32,000 nucleotides of DNA, taken from Verrucomicrobiota bacterium. GTDB lineage: Bacteria; Verrucomicrobiota; Verrucomicrobiia; Opitutales; LL51. This document shows positions 8,348 through 16,216 of this stretch, in pieces (within the stretch, counting starts at the first letter, position 1; each line of letters opens with the position of its first letter). Position numbers and translations under genes: made by a program. The notes below the pieces were generated by a model. The model was not told the DNA's origin and did no database searches. It saw only the letters and a program-made list of their open reading frames with translations. The stretch spans positions 270,001 through 302,000 of the forward strand of contig CP095464.1 in NCBI GenBank assembly GCA_021294815.2, in the 5' to 3' direction.

Positions 8348-9682
8348 ATGCCTCGGGAGTCAAAATTATTTGCGCCGCGCTACCCGTTTGATCCTCAAGC
8401 AATCCCCGGCTATTACGGCTGGGTGATTTTTGTCATCTCGCTCGCGGAACGGCTGATTAGCGTCCCGGGGCATAATGTCGGCATTGCTCCGTTCACAGAA
8501 CCGATTCTACAGCATCTCGCAATCACGCGGACGGATTTTAGCCAAATACTGGGTATTGCGATTTTTCTCAGTACGTTTCCCCTCCCCATTTTCGGACGTG
8601 TTTTCGATCAAATCGGGGCGCGAAAGGCAGCAGTCTATTCGGCATTCGGCCTAGGGCTGACGCTACTGTTTTTAGGTAATATCGAACCGATAATCTCAAC
8701 CTTAACGCCTTTTCTGGGAACACACACATCTATACTTTTAACGCTTTTTGGGGGATTCTTTTTGCTAAAACTGCTGGGGCAAAACCTCCTGCCGCTCGCC
8801 AGCCGCTTCATGTTACTCCGCTGGTACCCCAATACGACCTATGCCATTATGGGGATTTCGGGGCTTTTTGTATCCATTATTTTCGGCTGCGGCCCCAAGA
8901 TGACCGAGTTTCTCATTATACGATACGGTTATCTCGGCGCATGGCTCCAAATGGGGATTGTGACGCTTTTAGTTGTTCTGCCGATGCTTTGGCTTTTTTG
9001 CCGCGATAGTCCCGAATCCTGTGAAATGGCAGCGCCCGAAGGCTTCCAGAAAAAGGCGGGGAATACCAACGCTGCGACCGATTCGACCTTATGGCAAGCG
9101 TTACGAACTTTCGACTTCTGGCTATTTGCGATCGCAACGGCAACCTCAACGTTTACGACCACGGGCCTCCAAATTCACATCGTCGATCTATTTCGTGACG
9201 TTCACGCGTACATGGATAACGCTCTCAATATCTTTTTACCAGTCGCCATCGTGAGTGCCATCTTTGGCGTCTTTTTTGGCTTCTTTCAGGAGAGAATCGC
9301 GATCTATTTCTGCCCAGTTGCAGTATTTGTCGTTAATGGGCTTATCGCGGGCTCGATTGACTTTATTGCTCATCCCTGGGTTCTTGGGACCTTTATTTTT
9401 CTTTTCGGCATTAATTGGGCGCTGTATGGGATCATCTATGCGGCCCCATGGTCTAAATTATTTGGATCTACACACCTCGCCCACATTATGTCTGTCGTCT
9501 CGACGATCGCGCTTCTCTGTTCCTCGATTTCCCCCTGGTGTATGAGCCGGGCCCACGACGCCGGATCTTACCTCTACCTCACCCACGCACTCACACTATT
9601 TTCTCTGCTCGGACTGAGCGTCGCGGTATTGCGCCTTTACATCCATCAACGTACTAAAATCCGATCTTCGAAAGGTTATTAA
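8348..9682 (+). CDS. MFS-type transporter, substrate unknown
   Basis: 444 aa and about 12 hydrophobic segments. MFS motif-A-like GRVFDQIGARK lies between predicted TM2 and TM3. A central hydrophilic loop (CRDSPESCEMAAPEGFQKKAGNTN) splits two six-helix halves. Confidence 0.7.
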   Translation: MPRESKLFAPRYPFDPQAIPGYYGWVIFVISLAERLISVPGHNVGIAPFTEPILQHLAITRTDFSQILGIAIFLSTFPLPIFGRVFDQIGARKAAVYSAFGLGLTLLFLGNIEPIISTLTPFLGTHTSILLTLFGGFFLLKLLGQNLLPLASRFMLLRWYPNTTYAIMGISGLFVSIIFGCGPKMTEFLIIRYGYLGAWLQMGIVTLLVVLPMLWLFCRDSPESCEMAAPEGFQKKAGNTNAATDSTLWQALRTFDFWLFAIATATSTFTTTGLQIHIVDLFRDVHAYMDNALNIFLPVAIVSAIFGVFFGFFQERIAIYFCPVAVFVVNGLIAGSIDFIAHPWVLGTFIFLFGINWALYGIIYAAPWSKLFGSTHLAHIMSVVSTIALLCSSISPWCMSRAHDAGSYLYLTHALTLFSLLGLSVAVLRLYIHQRTKIRSSKGY

Positions 9683-10787
9683 GGATGCGCGTCCCTAGGA
9701 TTACTTCCGCTCCTTTGGTCGATTTCCTTTCTTGGAGTACATCACGTAAGACCGCACTTCTCAAAAGTGAGGTGCGATAAGAAAGGAGCTGAACTTTGGC
9801 CGACGAGACCGGCAGCGAAACGCTCGGTGACTGCGATTTTGGTAGCGTTGCTTGAGGTACAATGGGCTCCCAATGAAACGGCAACCCATACCAGGTAAAC
9901 TTTATTTTCCAGGCTTGTACCGGATGTGTTAGATCAACACCCGGCGCAAAGAGTTTGGCATTTTTTTTGATGAATTCGGGAATTGAAGCACTGGTCACAA
10001 GGACCGTCGCGGCCTCTTTCATGTCGCGAAAATACGTCACTAAACTCTGTTTTTTCTGGAAACACTCAACAATCTGACGCGGATCAACGCCGACGAGATT
10101 AATCCCATTGTACATCCCATGGAAATTTTGATCCTTGTAGTTCCGCCGGTACCACTGCGCAAAATGAGTCTCGTCACCGAGCCGAAAATCGATTTCAAAA
10201 TGGACATGTGCCCTGCTATTCGGAATCGCAATACAGCTAGAGCTTGTTCCTAATATCCCCAACCTACCACCCGCGGAAACCGTATCGCCTATCTTTACAT
10301 CTACCGACTGCAAATGTGCATACAGCGTTAAAAAATCTTCATGCTCCAAAATAACGTAACGTCCATAGCTGCTGTGCCCCGGCGCTGTGTTGACGTAAGC
10401 CACTTTCCCCGGCAAAAATGCATGTACCACATCCAAAGGAGCTCCCGTCTTATCCTTCAAAAAGGATTTAAAATCAATACCTTCGTGAAATTTCGTGCCG
10501 TTTTCGCGGATGAGTCCAAATAGAGCCGATAACGCTCGACCTGATTCCGTCGGCTGGACATAAAGGCTGTAATCCTTCAAAAATTCCGCAACTGCATCTA
10601 CCTGTGCCGGTGAAATTGCTTTTTTATCTTCTGATTTTGCCGTAACCGTTGTCGCTATCTTGGGCAATTTTTCAACGGGCAGCACAACCACCCCGGCCAT
10701 GAGCGGGGACAGAGCAAACATGCCTAACAAAAAAATCAACCGGTTTAACACAGCGTTACAGCAAAGCGAACAATAATGAAAAAACAA
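9654..10787 (-). CDS. Secreted M23 (LytM-type) metallopeptidase with an uncharacterised C-terminal domain
   Basis: M23 motifs FHEGIDF (HxxxD) and AHVHFEI (HxH), with the intervening YVILEH..LTLYAHL..GDTVSAGGRLGILG. Start is uncertain: TTG 10787, GTG 10751 (gives the signal-peptide-like MLNRLIFLLGMFALSPLMAG) or ATG 10721. The last ~170 aa matches nothing I recognise. Confidence 0.82.
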   Translation of the reverse strand: MFFHYCSLCCNAVLNRLIFLLGMFALSPLMAGVVVLPVEKLPKIATTVTAKSEDKKAISPAQVDAVAEFLKDYSLYVQPTESGRALSALFGLIRENGTKFHEGIDFKSFLKDKTGAPLDVVHAFLPGKVAYVNTAPGHSSYGRYVILEHEDFLTLYAHLQSVDVKIGDTVSAGGRLGILGTSSSCIAIPNSRAHVHFEIDFRLGDETHFAQWYRRNYKDQNFHGMYNGINLVGVDPRQIVECFQKKQSLVTYFRDMKEAATVLVTSASIPEFIKKNAKLFAPGVDLTHPVQAWKIKFTWYGLPFHWEPIVPQATLPKSQSPSVSLPVSSAKVQLLSYRTSLLRSAVLRDVLQERKSTKGAEVILGTRILNNLSKIGF

Positions 10788-10827
10788 TTGTAAAATTTTT
10801 AAATTTAACTACGCTTCCGTCAGGGTT

Positions 10828-11301
10828 ATGGATAATCGCGCCACCGTCAATGAACTCTTTAGCGCCATTGCCGATTCGCTTGGATTTCAGGTCGTCCTTG
10901 GGAATAATAATCTGTGCAACATTCGGCTCAAATCAACTGGGAAAGAGTACATTGTCGAACTCCCGCACAGCGGTGAAACGCTCCATTTGTACGCGGCCCT
11001 AACGGATCTCCCTTTTGATTACCGAGAAAAAGTGTTTGAATACGCGCTGAAACTCAACCTTCACGGCATTGAAACATCCTGTGCGGCCATAGCGATTGAT
11101 GAACGAAGCCATAAATTTATCTTATCGCGAACGATATCCGTTGAAGGCCTCACGGACACGCTTCTGCTCAAAGTCATCAGTGAATTTTTTGCCTCTGTCC
11201 CCAAGATCGAGGAAAAGTTAACTCAGTTTTCACAATTCTGCGCCCAAGATACGGCCAGCGCACCGGGATCGTTTGGCCCGGCTAATTTATTAATGCTATA
11301 A
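10828..11301 (+). CDS. CesT/SycE-like class I type III secretion chaperone (putative)
   Basis: 157-aa acidic protein with no signal peptide. The layout is typical of the CesT/Tir-chaperone family and of chlamydial Slc1-type chaperones: N-terminal helix (VNELFSAIADSLGF), NNLCNIRL...YIVELPHSGETLHLYAALTDLP beta-strand region, EKVFEYALKLNLHG, then AAIAIDERSHKFILSRTISVEGLTDTLLLKVISEFF. The assignment rests on pattern recognition only. Confidence 0.6.
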   Translation: MDNRATVNELFSAIADSLGFQVVLGNNNLCNIRLKSTGKEYIVELPHSGETLHLYAALTDLPFDYREKVFEYALKLNLHGIETSCAAIAIDERSHKFILSRTISVEGLTDTLLLKVISEFFASVPKIEEKLTQFSQFCAQDTASAPGSFGPANLLML

Positions 11302-11314
11302 CCCGGAGGCGACG

Positions 11315-12142
11315 ATGAGCAGCCCAATTGAAGGAGTTTCAGGAGATTTTGGGAGGAAAAGCAGTGTTGAAACAATTCAAAGTTACAACGCTCACATAGA
11401 TGCCGCGAATGAGGAAGAAAAGAAACCTGCTATTACCAGTAACTTTCTTAGTAACGACATGACCTCCGCAGCCGATAGTGCAAGATCCGAAACGCCCGTA
11501 TCTGAACCTCCCAAACCGGGTGAAGCTGAAGTCATTAAAGAAAGGCTTCTCGAAAGTTTCGAAGAAGCGCAGGAAATTATTCAAGAAGACCGTATAGCAG
11601 ATTCCAAGATAGACACCGATAAAGATGGGATTCCAGACCATCTCGATGCAACTGGTAACGACACACTCATCGAACAGGCCTATGATGAAGCTGCAAAGCG
11701 TATCGGATCGGAACAAGTGCAAGCATTTGTTTCCGTACTTGCCATGCTGAATAATTTTGATCTCACAAACTATGAGCATACAAAGGTTAATGGCGACCCT
11801 ATGTCGTTAAGCGCAATTGCTACGGCAGGGTGCGCACAAATGGCACTCATACATTCAGCAAAACTGAATAATTCCACAGAAATTCATACCTTTAACCAAA
11901 AAGACCTCCAAAAAATGCTAAAAGATCATCAACGGCGGATGAATGCTGGTAAAAAGGAAAGGCTCGAGGTTGTATCAAAGTTAGTTGCTGAAATTCCAAC
12001 GACAAAAGATAAACTCCTAGAGCTATGTCCTCAGCTCAAAAATCTCCCCAAGGCAGAGTGCTATACCCGTCTCAATCGTATGCTGAAAAATCTCGAGGCC
12101 ATGAAAAAGAGCCTCATAACACCGGCTAGTGCTGAGGCGTAA
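11315..12142 (+). CDS. Hypothetical acidic protein; candidate T3S chaperone substrate/effector
   Basis: 275 aa, starting 13 nt after the chaperone stop and preceded by GGAGG. No hydrophobic signal peptide. Polar Ser-rich N-terminus (MSSPIEGVSGDFGRKSSVETIQSYN) and an acidic, low-complexity first ~110 aa. One DxDxDGxxDxxD Ca-binding-like motif DTDKDGIPDHLD (nt 11612-11647). K/L-rich, helical-looking C-terminal half. I recognise no family. Confidence 0.55.
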   Translation: MSSPIEGVSGDFGRKSSVETIQSYNAHIDAANEEEKKPAITSNFLSNDMTSAADSARSETPVSEPPKPGEAEVIKERLLESFEEAQEIIQEDRIADSKIDTDKDGIPDHLDATGNDTLIEQAYDEAAKRIGSEQVQAFVSVLAMLNNFDLTNYEHTKVNGDPMSLSAIATAGCAQMALIHSAKLNNSTEIHTFNQKDLQKMLKDHQRRMNAGKKERLEVVSKLVAEIPTTKDKLLELCPQLKNLPKAECYTRLNRMLKNLEAMKKSLITPASAEA

Positions 12143-12185
12143 TTTCCGTTGACGCCGATGGGGTTTTGTTCACCCTGGCACGCGT

Positions 12186-13439
12186 ATGTATCTCAATGAC
12201 GTCACGACGGCGGTGATCGGGTTGTTGGCGCTTAAGCTAGTGACGGAACTATGCCTTAATGGGCTCAATCGACGGTATGTCTGGGCGCGCCGCAATATGG
12301 TTCCTGAACGTTGCCGAAGCTTTGTGACTTTGGACACCTACCAAAAGAGTGTCGACTACACATTGGCAAAATCGCGATTTTCATCGTTCTGTGATGTTTT
12401 TGATTTCGGCTTGGATGCAGTCATTCTCCTCTATGGCGTCCTTCCTATACTGTTTTCGTTTTACCTCCAACACTTCGGAACAGGTATCTGGGGACAAGCC
12501 GCTAACTTCCTCTTTATCCACTTGATCCTCTCTCTCTTTTCAATTCCCCTCAGTTGGTGGAGTCAATTTCGTCTCGAAGAACGGTTTGGATTTAACCAAT
12601 CAACGTTAAAAATTTTCTGGAGCGACAAACTTAAAGGCTACCTCCTCAGCGCCCTAATCGGTCTTCCGATTCTCGCGCTTCTTGTGTATCTCTTTCAATC
12701 GTTTACGTATACTTGGTGGTTACTCGTTTGGGCGACACTCACGGGCTTCAAGCTCGTCATGACAATCCTCTATCCGCTCATTATTCTTCCAATTTTCAAT
12801 AAGTTAACACCATTAGAAGATGGCCCCCTAAAAGATCGGCTTTTTCAGCTCGCACAACAGACACAGTTCCCAATTAACAAAATTTTCCTGATGGATGGCA
12901 GTCGGCGCTCCCTACATTCCAATGCGTTTTTTACCGGTATTGGGAAGTTCCGCCACATTGTGCTCTACGATACATTAGTTGCACAGTTGACCGTTGACGA
13001 GCTCGCCGCAGTGCTGGCACACGAAATTGGACACTATAAAAAATGCCACATCCGTAAGTCGCTTTTATTAGAGAGTTTTTGTAGTTTTCTGGGCTTTGCC
13101 GTGCTATACCAGCTTGCCATCGCACCATGGTTTTTAAGCAGTTTTGGATTTGAAACAGCGGACATTTTTGTACCCCTTTTTGTGCTCTTTCCCTTAGTTG
13201 CTGAAGGGATTACGTTCTGGTTTGAACCAATTTTCAACCGTTTATCGCGCCAATACGAATATGAGGCCGACCGCTTTGCAAAAACGGCTATAGGCAGTGC
13301 CGAGCCACTCATTGCAAGCCTCCAAAAGCTTCATCAGAAAAATTTATCCAATCTCACTCCACATCCCCTTTTTAGCGCCTTCTACTATTCTCACCCGACG
13401 CTCCTCGAACGCGAGCAAGCGCTTCGGGCTGCATTATGA
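12186..13439 (+). CDS. Ste24-type M48 family integral-membrane zinc metalloprotease
   Basis: 417 aa with about seven hydrophobic segments. HExxH zinc site AVLAHEIGHYKKCH. C-terminal M48/Ste24-like NLSNLTPHPLFSAFYYSHPTLLEREQAL. Confidence 0.85.
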   Translation: MYLNDVTTAVIGLLALKLVTELCLNGLNRRYVWARRNMVPERCRSFVTLDTYQKSVDYTLAKSRFSSFCDVFDFGLDAVILLYGVLPILFSFYLQHFGTGIWGQAANFLFIHLILSLFSIPLSWWSQFRLEERFGFNQSTLKIFWSDKLKGYLLSALIGLPILALLVYLFQSFTYTWWLLVWATLTGFKLVMTILYPLIILPIFNKLTPLEDGPLKDRLFQLAQQTQFPINKIFLMDGSRRSLHSNAFFTGIGKFRHIVLYDTLVAQLTVDELAAVLAHEIGHYKKCHIRKSLLLESFCSFLGFAVLYQLAIAPWFLSSFGFETADIFVPLFVLFPLVAEGITFWFEPIFNRLSRQYEYEADRFAKTAIGSAEPLIASLQKLHQKNLSNLTPHPLFSAFYYSHPTLLEREQALRAAL

Positions 13440-15037
13440 GCGACAATCTCACCCAAATCATCAAACAGTACGCAACGGCAACGCCTTCGACGGATGCCGT
13501 TATCGAGATGAGGCGACACCGCCAACATGCGGTAATTCGTCGTCGGCTCTGCTATGGGGAGTTTGATCGGCGGATTGATCAATATGTTTCGAAATTTCAA
13601 AAAAGTGGGATTCGTGCGGGGAAACGTGTGCTTATGCTTCTCAAACCGGGCATCGAAATGATGTGCGCCTTTTTTGCACTCATCCGGATGGGGGCAATTC
13701 CCATATTGATCGATTCGGGCATGGGGATTCGGCAACTTGTACGTCTCGCGAATTTTTCCAAACCGGATTTTATTTTAGGGTCTCGCGCGCTCCGCTGGTG
13801 GGTACGTTTAAAGTTTTTGCCCCTCCAAGGGAAAGTGATTCCGATTTCGCACCATTTCGCAAAGCGTGAGCAGCCAGCAACGATTATGCATCCTTCGAAC
13901 GAAGACGATGTTGCTGCAATTCTCTTTACCTCTGGTTCTACGGGTCCCGCCAAAGGAGTTGTCTACTGCGCCAAGCACTTCGCCGCCCAATTACGCAAAC
14001 TGCGAGCTAGCCTTCGACTCATGCAAAATGCTCGTGACGTCACGTTGCTACCTGCATTCATGCTCTTTAATCCGATGTTTGGTCGGACAACGATTATTCC
14101 TGATATCGATTATACGAAACCGGCGACGTTGCATTTACCTAGTGTCATTGAGACGATTGCGAATAGTGCAGCGACCAGCAGTTTTGGTGCCCCTGTGCTG
14201 TGGGAAAAAATCGCGGACTATTGCCTAGAAAATGAATTAAAACTGCGGAGCCTGGATCAGATTTTTCTCGCCGGAGTTTCAGCGACACCACGCGTTTTAG
14301 AAAAGATCCGTAAGGCCGCCCCCAATGCCAAAATTTACACACCCTACGGCGCAACAGAATGTTTGCCGATTTGTCTCCTCGAAGCGACAACTATTTTAGA
14401 GGAATTACGCCCTTATCAGGAAAATGGTGCAGGCACTTGCATCGGCTATCCCGTCGAAGGCGTTACTGTTAAAATTATCGCTCCCATAGACGAGCCATTA
14501 ACAGCGATTGAAGAGCGACATGTGTTACCGACTGGTTTTATCGGTGAAATTATTGTTTCTGGAGAAAATGTTACCGAGGCGTACGATCAACTTCCCGAGG
14601 CAACACGGTTGGCAAAGATTAATGACAACGGAAAACTGTGGCATCGAATGGGTGACCTTGGGTTTTTGGATGAAAAAGGTCGCCTATGGTTTTGTGGGCG
14701 TAAGTCCGAGCGTGTTGTATCCGGGAGTGAGGAATATTTTCCGGATTGTATTGAGCCACTCTTTTGTAAATACTCGAAGGTCGCACGTGCAGCGCTGATT
14801 CGCTACGAAGCCAAAGGCATTGTTGTTCCTGCGCTCGTCATTCTTCCGAAAGAAGGTTATTATCCCCATTTCTTCTGGCAACGATGGGCTTTTCGACGCC
14901 ATCTTAAACAACTTGCACAACAATTTCCCAAAACCGAATCAATCGAGCATTTCTTTTTCCTTAAAAAGTTTCCAGTCGATCCACGGCATAATGCTAAGAT
15001 CAATCGTCAGCAATTAAGTGCGATGTTTTCTGCGTAA
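13436..15037 (+). CDS. ANL-superfamily adenylate-forming enzyme (acyl-CoA/acyl-AMP ligase; OleC-like by motif)
   Basis: AMP-binding core motifs ILFTSGSTGPAKGV, YTPYGATE, GEIIVSG, WHRMGDLGFLDEKGRLWFCGRKSERV, and a C-terminal lysine motif DPRHNAKINRQQL. The ATG at 13436 overlaps the M48 stop (ATGA at 13436-13439). Confidence 0.85.
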   Translation: MSDNLTQIIKQYATATPSTDAVIEMRRHRQHAVIRRRLCYGEFDRRIDQYVSKFQKSGIRAGKRVLMLLKPGIEMMCAFFALIRMGAIPILIDSGMGIRQLVRLANFSKPDFILGSRALRWWVRLKFLPLQGKVIPISHHFAKREQPATIMHPSNEDDVAAILFTSGSTGPAKGVVYCAKHFAAQLRKLRASLRLMQNARDVTLLPAFMLFNPMFGRTTIIPDIDYTKPATLHLPSVIETIANSAATSSFGAPVLWEKIADYCLENELKLRSLDQIFLAGVSATPRVLEKIRKAAPNAKIYTPYGATECLPICLLEATTILEELRPYQENGAGTCIGYPVEGVTVKIIAPIDEPLTAIEERHVLPTGFIGEIIVSGENVTEAYDQLPEATRLAKINDNGKLWHRMGDLGFLDEKGRLWFCGRKSERVVSGSEEYFPDCIEPLFCKYSKVARAALIRYEAKGIVVPALVILPKEGYYPHFFWQRWAFRRHLKQLAQQFPKTESIEHFFFLKKFPVDPRHNAKINRQQLSAMFSA

Positions 15038-16157
15038 TCTGCTTCGGATTTTTAATTTTTCGCGGAAAAGAAAGCACGATTTTTGTCCCCTGATGTTCGT
15101 GCGATTCAACAGTGATCGAGGCACCGTGTTCACGGAGAATGCGCTGAACAATAAACATCCCCAGACCACTTCCATGTGCCTTTGAGGTTACAAATGGCGT
15201 AAATACCTGCTGAATCTGGACCTCGCTCATCCCCTCCCCCGTATCGCAAAACGCGACCAGGACGTGCTCATCATCCGAAGAAACTTGTATCGTTAGCTGT
15301 TTACGAGTGGTCATCGCGTCGACCGCATTTTTAACGATATTGAAAAAAACCTGCTTTAATTGATTGGTATCTCCAATAATTAATGGAATTTCGCCATCGA
15401 CTTCAAAGCGAATCTCAACTCCATCATTCACAAGCTCGGGCGATAAAAATTTAACAACAAAATGTAGCAATTCGAGCACATCGGCATCGGTCAAATTCGG
15501 CGTCACAGGGCGCAGTGCCTGGAGAAAATTTTTAATAATTCCGTTGAGACGATCGACTTCTGTGCGACAAATATCAATCGCTGACAAAATCGTATCCTTA
15601 TGTCCCGCGCTAAGATCACTTTTCATGAGCTCAAGTTGGAGTGCAATCGAGTTCAAAGGATTCCCAATTTCATGGGCAATTCCGGCCGATAAAAGCGCAA
15701 CCGACTCGATCTTTCCCTCCTCAATCTCACATGCTTTTTTTTGAATATGCTGTGTAATATCCGAAAAAACACAAACCGCTCGAAGCGTATCGCCTTCCTC
15801 AATCGGTACTGAATAAAAGCGTAAGATTTTTGAAGAGGGGTAGGTCAAATGAACCTCTGCGTGGATGGAATGTTCCGTAATGTGTTGAATATCGACTTGT
15901 TTCAAGAGCTCGGGAATGCATTTCCATAAAATCATATCTCCGATATCTTTGAGGTTGAGCATCGTTTCTGCGGTTGTGTTGATGAGCTCTATCCGGCCAG
16001 AAGAATCGATTACAATAATTCCATCTTGGATGAGGTTTAGGATTTTTTGGAAAAACTCGCGTTGACCGTAAAAGCGTTTCGCCAGCGTAATAAGCGTCGC
16101 TTTATCGAGATGCGCAATACGCTCGAGCCAATTCTTAAATGAAGCTCCTCGGATCAT
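15000..16157 (-). CDS. Cytoplasmic PAS-domain sensor histidine kinase (NtrB/AtoS-like); no adjacent response regulator
   Basis: No TM segments. PAS-like region (FFQKILNLIQDGIIVIDSSGRIELINTTAETML...RAVCVFSDIT). H-box SAGIAHEIGNPLNSI, N-box FFNIVKNAVDAM, G1 DTGEGM, G2 GSGLGM. Confidence 0.88.
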   Translation of the reverse strand: MIRGASFKNWLERIAHLDKATLITLAKRFYGQREFFQKILNLIQDGIIVIDSSGRIELINTTAETMLNLKDIGDMILWKCIPELLKQVDIQHITEHSIHAEVHLTYPSSKILRFYSVPIEEGDTLRAVCVFSDITQHIQKKACEIEEGKIESVALLSAGIAHEIGNPLNSIALQLELMKSDLSAGHKDTILSAIDICRTEVDRLNGIIKNFLQALRPVTPNLTDADVLELLHFVVKFLSPELVNDGVEIRFEVDGEIPLIIGDTNQLKQVFFNIVKNAVDAMTTRKQLTIQVSSDDEHVLVAFCDTGEGMSEVQIQQVFTPFVTSKAHGSGLGMFIVQRILREHGASITVESHEHQGTKIVLSFPRKIKNPKQITQKTSHLIADD

Positions 16158-16186
16158 AAAAAAACTCGTAGCATTCCAGCTACGAG
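16158..16186 (-). terminator. Rho-independent terminator after rplQ (end of the ribosomal/rpoA operon)
   Basis: Read on the minus strand: perfect 8-bp stem CTCGTAGC (16186-16179), 6-nt loop, GCTACGAG (16172-16165), then T7 (16164-16158). It lies 31 nt after the rplQ stop. Confidence 0.75.
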
Positions 16187-16216
16187 ATCTGTTTTTACAA
16201 TGTTATTCTCAAAAAA

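Noticed and set aside
12128-12142. Whether the candidate effector ends in a CAAX box, which would link it to the adjacent Ste24-type (CAAX-protease-like) gene through host prenylation.
   Set aside because: The C-terminus is ..ITPASAEA, with no Cys four residues from the end. The sequence gives no support for that link.
12197-12204. A perfect 8-bp palindrome TGACGTCA just inside the M48 protease gene.
   Set aside because: Palindromes of this length are expected by chance many times in 32 kb. It lies in coding sequence and has no repeated partner site.
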